Source: an uncultured virus (IMG/VR IMGVR_UViG_3300013121_000015) (Duplodnaviria > Heunggongvirae > Uroviricota > Caudoviricetes). From it: DNA of 64,000 bases. The notes under the pieces were generated by a model, which had not been told where the DNA came from, ran no database searches, and was given only the letters and a program-made list of their open reading frames with translations. Position 1 is the first letter of the stretch; the number at the start of each line of letters is the position of its first letter. The translations under genes were made by a program, and so were the position numbers. The stretch is taken from positions 62,001-126,000 of IMG/VR virus record IMGVR_UViG_3300013121_000015. One strand, given 5' to 3'. Below are positions 9,964 through 19,244 of the stretch, piece by piece.

Positions 9964-10456
9964 CTGGCGCATCTCAGACCTGCGCCGGATCGCGGACCAG
10001 CTCCGCGCCGGCACGCCCCGGGCGGTCGTGTTCGCCCAGCACCCAAACCGGTCCAAGAACGCGATCTGCCTCGCGCTGGCGCGGGCTGGGTACGTGCTGT
10101 CGGAGCTCTACCGCGCTGGGCGAGAGGCGCGGATCCGGGCCATTCTGGCAGCCGGTGGTGGCGCATCCGAGGTGATGGCGAGCGAGTCTGTTTCCGAGGG
10201 GACCGCCATCCGGCTGATCTCGCGCGTGCTCCAAGTCGGAGATCGCCGGCACTGCCGCAAGTCCACGACGACCGCGCAGGACCGAGCGATCTACCTCTCC
10301 GTGCGGGCGGTGGGGTTCCGGGCGACCAGCCGAAAGTTGGGGATGTCGCTCAAGCTCGTCCGCACGGCGGCACACCGCTATCGGTCCGAGGTGCTGCCTG
10401 AGTCGCCACCGTTTGAGAGGCGACCGCCCAGGGCTACCTCCGGCGCAGGAGGCTGA
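9947..10456 (+). CDS. Putative multi-HTH DNA-binding protein
   Basis: HTH-like segments ASEVMASESVSEGTAIRL and FRATSRKLGMSLKLVR. Confidence 0.45.
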   Translation: MPLGPDWRISDLRRIADQLRAGTPRAVVFAQHPNRSKNAICLALARAGYVLSELYRAGREARIRAILAAGGGASEVMASESVSEGTAIRLISRVLQVGDRRHCRKSTTTAQDRAIYLSVRAVGFRATSRKLGMSLKLVRTAAHRYRSEVLPESPPFERRPPRATSGAGG

Positions 10457-10458
10457 GC

Positions 10459-10782
10459 ATGAAGCGCCAGCGCACCCACCTATCGCCCGACGCCTTCCAC
10501 AAGGCGTTCTCCGAGGCGGGCCGTCCATTCGACCAGCTCCAACAGGACGTCCTGGCCGCGTTCGTCGCCACCCCGGACGCGCTGCACGCGCAGGCGCTGG
10601 AAGCCGTCGAGTACATCCAGGCGCTGCGTCTGAACCCGAAGCGCGCCGCGGACTCACTCTATCTGGAGCATCTGGACTTCGAGTGGCGACAGGCGACCGC
10701 ACTCCCCGAGGCCGTGGAGCGGGTGCATCGGGTCGTCTGGTCCGTTCGGTGGGGAGGGTTCACCCCGCCGACGCTGCCGTGA
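10459..10782 (+). CDS. Hypothetical protein
   Basis: Motif plus SD upstream. Confidence 0.65.
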   Translation: MKRQRTHLSPDAFHKAFSEAGRPFDQLQQDVLAAFVATPDALHAQALEAVEYIQALRLNPKRAADSLYLEHLDFEWRQATALPEAVERVHRVVWSVRWGGFTPPTLP

Positions 10783-10816
10783 TGACCGGGGCTACCTCCC
10801 CGGTGGAGGTGGAGCG

Positions 10817-11830
10817 ATGAAGTGCGCGTACAAGGACTGCCACGCGAACGCGGCGCGCAGGGTGCGCATCCCTGGTCCGGTTGACCGGTCGCTCGACGTC
10901 TGCCTCGTCCACGAACGGGTCCTGGAGGACATGATGGCCAAGAGCAAGTGTGCGCTGCCGACCTGCGACAACGTCGCGAACGGCGCCAAGGGGTGCTGTA
11001 CCGTCCACTACGGGCGGTGGTACCCCCGGCGCTGGCTCGACGGGATCGCCGTGGTCACGCCTGAGCAGGCGACGGACTTTCACGCGCGGTGGGAGCAGGC
11101 GGCTGCCGAACGCGAGGCGAAGCGGGCTGAGCGTGCGGCAGCGCTCCACGAGGTCAAGTCCGGGCCCTGGTCCAGACTGATGTCCGACCCCGTCCCCGAG
11201 GAGCGGGACGTCAAGCCGACCGTGCCGCCGGTCCAGGGCGAGATCGTGCGTCTCTCGGCGCGCGTGAAGGAGTTGGAGGAGCAGGTGGCGGCTTCCCGGG
11301 ACCGCGCCGAGAAGGCCGAGACGGAACGCGACGAGGCACGGGAGAACGCACAGCAACTCCGCGCCGACCTGGCTGCCGTTCGCGAGGCTGGTGGGCTGGG
11401 GACCGGCGAGTCGGTGGTGGATGGGGTGCGCCGGCTGGCCCAGGCGCACCGCGACGCCGTGATCCGCGCCGATCAGGCGTCCAAGTTCTGCGCCCAGACC
11501 CAGACCGCGCTTCGTGAAGCCTGGGACACGGTGGGTTGGAGCCCTGACAACTCCATGGACTTCGTCGCGTTCCTCCAGGAGATCGTGACCCAGCGCGACA
11601 AGGCGCGGGCGGGCGCGGTGGAGCAGATCAAGACGGCGCGTCAGGTCTCGACCGTCCCGAGCGACATGCTGGCCGAGCCCGCCTACCTCTCGCACCTGCT
11701 CGCCCAGGACGCCGGCCTGCGCGCCGTGCTGGAGTCTGCCGTCGCGCGCGACCTGTCCGCCCGGGTCCTGCGCAAGGATCCCGCCGTGCTCCTGTCCCTG
11801 CTCACCGGCCCCGTGTCGCGCCTGCCCTGA
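10817..11830 (+). CDS. Zn-finger plus coiled-coil hypothetical protein
   Basis: Two N-terminal Cys/His clusters, long heptad region. Confidence 0.7.
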   Translation: MKCAYKDCHANAARRVRIPGPVDRSLDVCLVHERVLEDMMAKSKCALPTCDNVANGAKGCCTVHYGRWYPRRWLDGIAVVTPEQATDFHARWEQAAAEREAKRAERAAALHEVKSGPWSRLMSDPVPEERDVKPTVPPVQGEIVRLSARVKELEEQVAASRDRAEKAETERDEARENAQQLRADLAAVREAGGLGTGESVVDGVRRLAQAHRDAVIRADQASKFCAQTQTALREAWDTVGWSPDNSMDFVAFLQEIVTQRDKARAGAVEQIKTARQVSTVPSDMLAEPAYLSHLLAQDAGLRAVLESAVARDLSARVLRKDPAVLLSLLTGPVSRLP

Positions 11831-11863
11831 TCGCGCGATACGCGCCCGTCCAGGAGGTTCCCC

Positions 11864-12541
11864 ATGTCCATGCTCCGCTTCGAGTTTGCCAACGCCGTGA
11901 TCGCGGCCCTGGGCGCGAAGTCCTACCTCCAGATCGGGTCCGCCCGGAACCTGGACGACATCGTGTGCGCGCACAAGCGGAGCGTCCACGACGCGTCCGA
12001 GGCCCCGGCGGGCCCATTCGACGTGGTGTTCGTGGCCCCGCCGATGGACGGGAGCCGCGCGCTGTTCGCGCTCCAGGTGGCGCAGGAGCGCGTCAGCCCG
12101 ACCGGGGTGATCCTGGTCGCCAACGTGAACCCGACCGAGGCGTGGATGCAGGAGGTCCCGCCGTCGCAGGGCGTACAGCTCGGGCAGGCGTGGCGGGCGT
12201 GGGTGGAGTTCGGCGAGACGTGCGGTCGGAGCACCCGCACGGCGGACATCGATCACGGGGTCGGCGTCGTGACGCCTGCTCCCGCCCCGGTCCGGTCGCC
12301 CGTCCACGTGGACTTCCAGACCTTCTCCGAGCAGCGAGCCACGCTGCTCCACCTGACCAGTCCGGGCGAGATCCTGCGCGCCCTGCGGGCCGACGCCCAG
12401 TACGACGTGGTGATCGCGGTCATGTCCGGCAAGGGTGGGGCGACCGGAACCGCCACGGCAGCCGAGGAGCCTGCGCCCGTCGCCGACCCGGAACCCGCGC
12501 CCACCCCGCGCCGGAAGCGCCGGGACCGGAGCACGCCGTGA
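11864..12541 (+). CDS. Degenerate class I SAM methyltransferase-like protein
   Basis: KSYLQIG, PFDVVFV, LSPTGVILV-like segment, DHGVGV. Confidence 0.5.
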   Translation: MSMLRFEFANAVIAALGAKSYLQIGSARNLDDIVCAHKRSVHDASEAPAGPFDVVFVAPPMDGSRALFALQVAQERVSPTGVILVANVNPTEAWMQEVPPSQGVQLGQAWRAWVEFGETCGRSTRTADIDHGVGVVTPAPAPVRSPVHVDFQTFSEQRATLLHLTSPGEILRALRADAQYDVVIAVMSGKGGATGTATAAEEPAPVADPEPAPTPRRKRRDRSTP

Positions 12542-12804
12542 TCGCCGCGACCGCGTTGCTCCTGGCCGCCGTCCCGCCGGACCAGCTACCACCCGCTCCC
12601 GAGCAAGCTGCCGGGTACGACGTGTCGATCAGGTTCTCGACGAACCAGCTCAGGACCTACAAGCCGCCCGACTGTGGGCCGGTGGACCCTGCCGTCATGT
12701 GCCGCGAGCTGGAGCGCCTGTTCTTGGACGGGTCCAGGGAGGGCGGCCCCCCGAACCGTGCGCAGCGGCGGGCGGCGTTCAGGCGGTCAGGACGCGCACG
12801 CTGA
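12538..12804 (+). CDS. Hypothetical protein
   Basis: GTGA overlap. Confidence 0.45.
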   Translation: MIAATALLLAAVPPDQLPPAPEQAAGYDVSIRFSTNQLRTYKPPDCGPVDPAVMCRELERLFLDGSREGGPPNRAQRRAAFRRSGRAR

Positions 12805-12831
12805 GGGCTACCTGCACCGGTGAGGTGCGAC

Positions 12832-13062
12832 ATGGCCCGCAACGTGTTCGAGGTCCGACTGGACCAGCGTGATCTGGACGCCATCGAGAAGCTGGCGCGC
12901 GGCATCGCCGACGAGCTGCACGACGAGGTCGAGCGGACCACCGACGCGATCCCACGCGCGCCCCTGGGCGACCTACTCGGCTTCGACGTCGTGGATCGCA
13001 CGCCGACCTGGGACGCGATCTTCCAGGCGGTGGACGATCTGATGGAGGTGCGCCGTGGGTGA
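12832..13062 (+). CDS. Hypothetical protein
   Basis: Motif plus GAGGT SD. Confidence 0.6.
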   Translation: MARNVFEVRLDQRDLDAIEKLARGIADELHDEVERTTDAIPRAPLGDLLGFDVVDRTPTWDAIFQAVDDLMEVRRG

Positions 13063-13501
13063 CCTGCACGGAACTCCGCTCGTGCGTCTGGCGAAGCTGC
13101 TGGGCGTCGAGGGCCTGCCCCCGGAGGACTACGGCTGGACCGAGGTGATCGGGGCCGTCCAGCGCATGGTCGATGACCAGAGCGCGATCCTCCAGGTCAC
13201 GGAAGACGCGCGCCGCCGACCGTGCGCCGTGTACGACCACGCTTTGGGAGGTCCCTGCCCCCACAAGCCCAAGGTCCAGGGTGTGTGCGAGGGCCACGCG
13301 GTCATGTGCGCCATGTGCGGGAAGGGCCTGAGCGCGCGCGGGATCTGCCCGGCGTGCTTGAAGGTGCTGGCCAAGGAGCAGGCGCCGACGACGGGCCCGC
13401 TCCCCAGCCCGGGTCAGCCGATCCTGCTGCTGGACACGAGCGAACCCGCGCCCACCCCTGGACCTGCGCCCCGTCGGTCGAGGCGCGCGGAGTCCTTCTG
13501 A
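13055..13501 (+). CDS. Cys-rich hypothetical protein
   Basis: GGAGG SD; CAMC..CPAC. Confidence 0.6.
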   Translation: MGDLHGTPLVRLAKLLGVEGLPPEDYGWTEVIGAVQRMVDDQSAILQVTEDARRRPCAVYDHALGGPCPHKPKVQGVCEGHAVMCAMCGKGLSARGICPACLKVLAKEQAPTTGPLPSPGQPILLLDTSEPAPTPGPAPRRSRRAESF

Positions 13502-13534
13502 GCGGGGCTACCTCCCGGACGGAGGGCACCCATC

Positions 13535-13765
13535 ATGCTCTGGGCTCCGTGGTGGTTGTGGCTGTCCCTGCGTCTCGACGCCGAGGTGCTGGACACGACG
13601 CCCGACGATTTGCTGTCTGCGGTCGCGATCCTGCACGCCCCGGACTTGTACGAGGCGGCGCGCGACGGGTCGCCCACGCTCACGCTCGACGTGCTCCACC
13701 GGGTCGCGTGGGCGCTCGGGATGGACCTGCACGTCAACATCGTGCCGAGAGCGGCAACACCATGA
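13535..13765 (+). CDS. Degenerate XRE-type HTH protein
   Basis: SPTLTLDVLHRVAWALGMDLHV resembles an HTH_3 C-terminus. Confidence 0.45.
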   Translation: MLWAPWWLWLSLRLDAEVLDTTPDDLLSAVAILHAPDLYEAARDGSPTLTLDVLHRVAWALGMDLHVNIVPRAATP

Positions 13766-14121
13766 GCCGCGACGTCGTCGTCACCGTGCCAGCCCGTCTC
13801 TGGTCGGAGTGGCTCTCCGAGGGGGACTGCGCCGGGGAGTCGCGCCGCGCGGGCGTCGAGTACTGGTTCAACGTACCGACCCGGCCCGACGTCGCGCCCG
13901 GGTCCAGGGTCTACGTGGTCGCCCTGGGGAAGCTGCGCGGGTACGCGCCGCTCGTCCGCATCGACCCGGACCCGTACAACCCTCGCGGCTGCCTGCTGAT
14001 CCGGCGGGGCGAGGCGGTCGCCGTCACCCTCGATCAGCCGATCAAGGGCTTCCAGGGCTACCGCTACCGGTGGTGGGAGCGCGCCGCCGAGCGCCCCTTC
14101 CTGGGCTGGAAGACGCCATGA
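13762..14121 (+). CDS. Hypothetical protein (ASCH/PUA-like?) coupled to csf1
   Basis: ATGA overlaps on both sides; PGSRVYVVALGKLRGY, IKGFQGYRY. Confidence 0.6.
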   Translation: MSRDVVVTVPARLWSEWLSEGDCAGESRRAGVEYWFNVPTRPDVAPGSRVYVVALGKLRGYAPLVRIDPDPYNPRGCLLIRRGEAVAVTLDQPIKGFQGYRYRWWERAAERPFLGWKTP

Positions 14122-15071
14122 TCGCCACTCACCTGATCTGGCGTGCTGCGGGCTACCCGAGTCACCCCCACGCCGAGACCGCGCCCGGCGCCTGCTACTG
14201 GTGCGCCGCGCGGCTGGACGGGCTGATCGCCGGGCTCAGCCAGGGCGTGCCCGTGTCCGCCATGCCTGACACCTTCCTGGATGCCTGCGGGCGCGAGGCG
14301 GGCAGCCCGTCCAGCACCCACCTGTGCCCGGCGTGCGCGTGGACGCTGTCGGACGCCGTCATGCTGCCGCGCAAGGTGGGCGCCCCGCTGCTCGCGCGCG
14401 CCCTGAGCGGCGACGGGAACCACCCGGGCCGGCTCAGCGTGGCCGTGGGGGACGAGTTGCCCGCACGCCGGCTGGTGATGCCCTGCCGGTCCGGGGTGGG
14501 CGTCTGGGAGCGCCCCGGCAAGCCCGCCGACGAGTCCGCGTGGGTGGACGCGCACCACCGGCTCCGGACCGAGCCCGCCACGGTGGGGAGCGCGTGCTTC
14601 GTCGGGGTCTACGGCGAGGCGCACCTGGCTGGACGGGTGGGCGGGAAGTTCCGGAACTTCATCCCGTTCGCGACCGCGTCTGGGCGCTGGGAGATGTGGA
14701 CGAAGGCGAACCGAGCCGAGATCCGGTCCGTGCTCGTGTCCCCGCCTACGGAGCCCTGGACGCTCGCCATCGGCGACGGACAGAAGCACGCCGCCATCCA
14801 CGCGCGCGTCAGCGACGGGCGGGTCCGGGGGCAGGTCGTGCGCTTCGAGGATGCGATGGTCCACTACGACCCGGAGGCGCTGCGGCGCGTGGTCGAGGCG
14901 GTGGACGCGCTGCTGGCGGCGGGCTGCCGGCGCGAGCACGTCGAGATCGGGCGCTACCCGATGCTCAGCACGTCCCCGACCGTGCGCGCGATGGAAGCCC
15001 GGGTGCGCCCGTTCCGGGGTGGACCGGTGTTCCTGCTGGCGATGTGGCTGGCGACGAAGGAGACGACCTGA
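14118..15071 (+). CDS. csf1: Type IV CRISPR large subunit Csf1 (Cas8-like)
   Basis: CYWC..CPAC Zn finger, LVSPPTEPW.LAIGDGQKH motif; located upstream of csf2/csf3-like genes. Confidence 0.78.
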   Translation: MIATHLIWRAAGYPSHPHAETAPGACYWCAARLDGLIAGLSQGVPVSAMPDTFLDACGREAGSPSSTHLCPACAWTLSDAVMLPRKVGAPLLARALSGDGNHPGRLSVAVGDELPARRLVMPCRSGVGVWERPGKPADESAWVDAHHRLRTEPATVGSACFVGVYGEAHLAGRVGGKFRNFIPFATASGRWEMWTKANRAEIRSVLVSPPTEPWTLAIGDGQKHAAIHARVSDGRVRGQVVRFEDAMVHYDPEALRRVVEAVDALLAAGCRREHVEIGRYPMLSTSPTVRAMEARVRPFRGGPVFLLAMWLATKETT

Positions 15072-15580
15072 TGTCCATCCCGCTCGATCCCATGCACCTC
15101 GCGCTCGCGACCACCCATCCCCTCCGCGTGGTCGTGATCGCGCTCCTGACCGACCCCGCCGGCCCCCTCGGCGACTGCGCCGCGCGCCCCGAGGACGCCC
15201 CCGCCGCCTACATGCTGGCCCGGATCTACCGCCACGCGCGGGCGCAGGGCCACCTTCACGGCAAGCCCGGCTACGAGGCCGAGGCGCTGTTCGCCACGCG
15301 CGTCCGGTCCACCGTCAGATCCAGCATGGACCCCTTCGCCTTCGCCGAGAAGCTGGCGCGGGCGCTCGGTCTCCGCTGGGACGCGCTCGCCGAAGACGAC
15401 CGGCTGTGGTGGCGCGGGGAGTCGCGGCGCCTGACCGCGAGCCCCGACGGGGTGTCCCTCCTTACGGACTGGTCGAGGCTGCGCCAGCCGTCTCGCCTCG
15501 CCGACCTCATCACCAGCGTCGGGATCGCGGCCGACTTCATCGGGCAGATCCGCGACGCCGAGAAGGAGCCGACGCCATGA
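15071..15580 (+). CDS. Type IV-B small subunit (Cas11-like)
   Basis: All-alpha protein of about 170 aa between csf1 and csf2; FATRVRS..FAEKLARALG. Confidence 0.6.
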   Translation: MSIPLDPMHLALATTHPLRVVVIALLTDPAGPLGDCAARPEDAPAAYMLARIYRHARAQGHLHGKPGYEAEALFATRVRSTVRSSMDPFAFAEKLARALGLRWDALAEDDRLWWRGESRRLTASPDGVSLLTDWSRLRQPSRLADLITSVGIAADFIGQIRDAEKEPTP

Positions 15581-15792
15581 CCTATAGCGCAAATGGCGGA
15601 TGCGACGCCTGCAAGCGGCGCACTGACGACGCACCCTTCAAGAGCCGCGTCCCGGTGCCGGACGGACCCGTCGTGCTCCTGTGTCAGCGATGCGCCGAGG
15701 CTGACCTCTGGCGGAAGACCGCGATCCTCATCGCCCAGCGATTCAGGATCCCATCCTGGGCGCACGTCGCCAACATGGAGCCGACCCCATGA
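15577..15792 (+). CDS. Small Zn-finger protein inserted in the type IV operon
   Basis: CDAC..LCQRC; flanked by 17-bp near-direct repeats. Confidence 0.55.
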   Translation: MTYSANGGCDACKRRTDDAPFKSRVPVPDGPVVLLCQRCAEADLWRKTAILIAQRFRIPSWAHVANMEPTP

Positions 15793-16793
15793 CTCGTCAC
15801 GCCTACGAGTTCCAGATCCTCGTCACGCCGACCCAGCCCCTCTCCCACGGGCAGGGCACGGAGGGTAACGTGCAGGTGCTGCGCAGGACCCAGCGCAACG
15901 TCTGCATCGGGGGCGAGTGGATGAGCCTGGAGGTGCCAGCCATTTCCGGGAGCGCCTTCAAGGCCGTGCTGCGCGAGGCGGCGGTGGACTACTACCTGAC
16001 CGCGCTGGGCGTGCCCGAGGGGAGCCTGAGCCGGGACGGACTGCGCCTGCTGCTCAAGGGCGGGAAGGTCGGCCCCGCCGGTCAGTCCACACCCCACGAG
16101 GAGACGCGCCGGCTGCGGCGCCTGTTCCCCCCGCTGGCCGTGTTCGGGTTCATGGACGGCGCGATCACGTCCCCGGGCCTGCTCCAGAGCTGCGAGCTGG
16201 TGCCGTACACGGTCGAGTTGAAGGAGGCCGGGTTCTTCCAGAACTTCTCGCGCCTGAACCTGCCCCCGATCCCGGAAGCGCTCACGAGCGCCGAGGTCAC
16301 GTACTACCGGCACGATCAGGCGGTCTCGTACCTTGCGCGCTACCTTCCCGGCGAGACCCGCGCCGCCATCGAGGACAAGCGCTCGGCCCGGTCCGGGAAG
16401 GTGGCGACGAAGGAAGAGCGCCGCGAGGCCAACGAGTCCATGCCGCACACCTTCGAGGTGATCCCGGCCGGCACGCCGCTCCTGGGCACGCTCCGACTGA
16501 GCGCCGCCAATGACGTGGAACTCGCCTGCCTGACCCTCGCCATCGCGTCCTGGCGCGCCAGAGGGGCCCACCTGGGCGGCGGGCGCGGCAAGGGGCACGG
16601 GACCTGCGACGTGCAGATGGTGAGCGCGATCCGGCTCGCGGCCGGCGTCGGCCCGGTCCCGGTCAACGTCGAGGCCACGCTGCCCGCCGTGACGGTGGAC
16701 GTGTCCGCGGGTGAGGCCGTGGCGGCCGAGTACGCCGCGCACGTGGCCAGCGTGCGAGAAGATGCTTTGAAGGTGCTTGGGTCCGCGGCCTGA
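15789..16793 (+). CDS. csf2: Type IV CRISPR backbone Csf2 (Cas7 RAMP)
   Basis: TQPLSHG, VPAISGSAFKAVLRE, LLLKGG, LRRLFPPLAVFG, MPHTFEVIPAGT, G-loop LGGGRGKGHG. Confidence 0.88.
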   Translation: MTRHAYEFQILVTPTQPLSHGQGTEGNVQVLRRTQRNVCIGGEWMSLEVPAISGSAFKAVLREAAVDYYLTALGVPEGSLSRDGLRLLLKGGKVGPAGQSTPHEETRRLRRLFPPLAVFGFMDGAITSPGLLQSCELVPYTVELKEAGFFQNFSRLNLPPIPEALTSAEVTYYRHDQAVSYLARYLPGETRAAIEDKRSARSGKVATKEERREANESMPHTFEVIPAGTPLLGTLRLSAANDVELACLTLAIASWRARGAHLGGGRGKGHGTCDVQMVSAIRLAAGVGPVPVNVEATLPAVTVDVSAGEAVAAEYAAHVASVREDALKVLGSAA

Positions 16794-16802
16794 TCTCTCA
16801 TC

Positions 16803-16845
16803 GGATTATTTTCTTGCGCAATTAAATACGATAGAGTATTAGTTG
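16803..16845 (+). promoter_or_regulatory. Sigma70-like promoter (TTGCGC-N17-TATTAG)
   Basis: AT-rich island; -35-like hexamer at 16814; similar to the sites at 21856, 51434 and 58163. Confidence 0.6.
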
Positions 16846-16936
16846 TCCATGGGCGGCGGCGATGATGCCTCCGCTCAGACCCCCGCCAGCCGTCGCGCTG
16901 GCACAGTGGAGCCGACGCGCTCCCAGGAGTCACACC

Positions 16937-17422
16937 ATGGCCCAGCACTTCCTTACGCCCGTCGCCATCCTCGTCCGCATCGCCTACACGCGGCGCATGG
17001 ACATGGAGCTTGACCGAGGCGTCCACCACTACGCGGCGCACGCTGCGGCCAAGGGTCAGGTGTCTGACGCCCTGTCCGCGCTGGACGTTGACAGCACGGA
17101 GATCGCTACCGTTCTGCGGGCGGTCTACGAGATGAACCGGGCCGAGCGGGCCGGGTGCAACCTCAGCGCCAACCGCGCGATCTCCATCGCCATCTACGCC
17201 GCCAGAGAGGACGATCTGGCGCACCCGTCCACGGTCGGCCTGGAGTCGACCATCTACCGCCGGGACGAGGATGGCGTGAGCTACGAGGTCGTATTGAAGA
17301 ACGGCTACTCCGCCCGCACCCCGATCATGCGCCGCGCCTGCCCGCACGGGGCCTACCAGCCCGGCTGGTCGCGTGCGCAGGTTCTTCTCGCGGCCCGCCG
17401 TGCCGGTCGGGTGCTGCCATGA
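16937..17422 (+). CDS. Hypothetical protein (cassette inside the type IV locus)
   Basis: AGGAG SD. Confidence 0.6.
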   Translation: MAQHFLTPVAILVRIAYTRRMDMELDRGVHHYAAHAAAKGQVSDALSALDVDSTEIATVLRAVYEMNRAERAGCNLSANRAISIAIYAAREDDLAHPSTVGLESTIYRRDEDGVSYEVVLKNGYSARTPIMRRACPHGAYQPGWSRAQVLLAARRAGRVLP

Positions 17423-17476
17423 ACGCAAGCCCGTAGATGGGCCCACCGGTGGCTACCCAGCCACCAGGAGCAAGTC

Positions 17477-17911
17477 ATGTCCCTGCCCGACACGATCACC
17501 GGCTACCTGACCGGCGCCATGGACCCTGACGAGGCCGTGGTGCTGGAGGCTCAGGCCGCCGGTGACCCTGACTTCCAGGCTCAGATCGACGCCCAGCGCG
17601 AGGCCGCGCCAGACACCGGCCCACGCCGCGGACGGGCGCCCAGGCTGCTGCGCGTGGCCTGCCCGACGTGCGGAGCCGGCGTGGGGGTCTACTGCCGGTC
17701 CAGCACCGGCAAGGTCCTGGCTAACGGCCACTGGGCCCGCCGTGAGGCTGCCAACATGGACCCGGCCCAGTCCGGCCCAGGGTCCAGCGCTCGCCCGCCG
17801 ACGGACAGCGCCGACGAGCTGGTCAGCGCCATCAAGCGCGCGGCCGGTGCCGGGAAGGGAATCCGCCTGTCCAGCGCAGAGTGCAAGATCCTGTCCGAGG
17901 TCTTGAAGTGA
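17477..17911 (+). CDS. Hypothetical protein with Zn-ribbon segment
   Basis: AGGAG SD; VACPTCGA..C..H.AR. Confidence 0.6.
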   Translation: MSLPDTITGYLTGAMDPDEAVVLEAQAAGDPDFQAQIDAQREAAPDTGPRRGRAPRLLRVACPTCGAGVGVYCRSSTGKVLANGHWARREAANMDPAQSGPGSSARPPTDSADELVSAIKRAAGAGKGIRLSSAECKILSEVLK

Positions 17912-18582
17912 TCCCCCTCACGATCACCGCCCACCTGCACACGCCGCCCGTGATCCGGGAGCCGGTCCTGTTCGACGGCGTGCTGATGGGCGGGCTCGGG
18001 GCCAGCATGGGTGCGGCCGATCCCTCGGGCTGGGTAGACCCGGATCTCGTCTACGCCAAGCGCCTGCCTCTGGAGCACGTGGGCAGGGCTGGCCTCTGGT
18101 GGTACGCCGCGTCCCAGGCCACGCCCCACGGGCCCGAGCAGACCCACTACACCCACCGCCGGATGCCCGCCGAGCACTACCAGCGCTGGACACGGGAGCG
18201 CTCCACCCTGTTCGCGACCGGGCCGGACAAGGGCTTGCGGATCCGGCTGTTCTCCCGGCCGTCTATGCTGGCGATCCGCTGGACGTGTGTGGGCAACCCG
18301 GTGGAGATCGCCCGCCTGCTCACCTTCGTGCCTGGGGTAGGGCACCGGGTCAACCACGGCTGGGGACAGGTGGCCCGCTGGGAGGTGACCGAGGGCGGAC
18401 CAGGGCCAGGAGCCTACGCGACCGACGTGCGGCTGCGCCACCTGCCCGTGTCCTGCGCACCCAGGATGCCCGACCTGGAGGCTACCAGCGTGGCCCCCAA
18501 GCGCCTGCGCCCGCCGTACTGGGGGCGGGTCAACACGGTCGAGTGCGTCTTCGTGCCGGCCCACTTCGAGGTCCAGCCATGA
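17908..18582 (+). CDS. csf3: Type IV CRISPR Csf3 (Cas5 RAMP)
   Basis: PLTITAHL..LFDGVL, LPL..WWYAAS, TGPDK, WTCVGNPVEIARLL..VGHRVNHGWGQVARWEV, LRHLP, RPPYW. Confidence 0.85.
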   Translation: MIPLTITAHLHTPPVIREPVLFDGVLMGGLGASMGAADPSGWVDPDLVYAKRLPLEHVGRAGLWWYAASQATPHGPEQTHYTHRRMPAEHYQRWTRERSTLFATGPDKGLRIRLFSRPSMLAIRWTCVGNPVEIARLLTFVPGVGHRVNHGWGQVARWEVTEGGPGPGAYATDVRLRHLPVSCAPRMPDLEATSVAPKRLRPPYWGRVNTVECVFVPAHFEVQP

Positions 18583-19244
18583 CCGTCTACCGCGCGACCC
18601 GACACGACCTGACCCAGGTCCTCATCCGGGGCGACCTGGAGGACCCGGCCACGCTGGACCTGTACCAGCGCCACCTGCCCGAGCGCGTCCACGCGGTCTA
18701 CTCGGACCCGCCCTGGAACCCGGGCAACGCCACCTACTGGCGGACCCATGCGAAGGACGGCCGCGCCGCGTCCTACAACAGGTTCCTGGACGGCTGGTGC
18801 GCGGTGGCGACGCTGTGCCAGGAGCGCGGTGCCGTGGACGTGCTGGTCGAGCAGAGCGCGAACGTGGCGCACCAGGACTTGCTGCGGGCCGCGATCCGCC
18901 GGTGTCCAGGCTGGCGCCTGCGCGAGCGGGCCGTCTACGCGGTCCAGTACGGGAGCGGCGCCAAGATGCTCCCCAACGCGCTGCTGCACTTCGGAGGGCC
19001 CGACCTGACCACGGACCCGACCGGGATGTACGGCGAGCCCATGACGCTGCGGGCGGTCTTCGGGACCACCCCGACACCCGGTCACGTGCTGGTAGACCCC
19101 TGCACCGGCAAGGGCATGACGAGCCGCACGGCGCACGCCCTGGGCCTGCACTTCGTCGGGAGTGAGCTGAACCCCGAGCGACTGGGCGTGACGCTCAAGT
19201 GGCTGGAGCGCCAGGGGTACGCCGTGGCCGAAGTCGAGTCGTGA
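18579..19244 (+). CDS. Amino-methyltransferase-like protein (beta order)
   Basis: YSDPPWN (motif IV) precedes VDPCTGKG (motif I) and FVGSELNP. Confidence 0.75.
   Translation: MTVYRATRHDLTQVLIRGDLEDPATLDLYQRHLPERVHAVYSDPPWNPGNATYWRTHAKDGRAASYNRFLDGWCAVATLCQERGAVDVLVEQSANVAHQDLLRAAIRRCPGWRLRERAVYAVQYGSGAKMLPNALLHFGGPDLTTDPTGMYGEPMTLRAVFGTTPTPGHVLVDPCTGKGMTSRTAHALGLHFVGSELNPERLGVTLKWLERQGYAVAEVES

Noticed and set aside
10760..12592. Long antisense or alternate-frame ORFs (e.g. 10760-12592, 38666-40405, 26551-27996, 505-1941)
   Set aside because: Arg/Gly/Pro-rich shadow ORFs typical of high-GC DNA, overlapping better-supported genes
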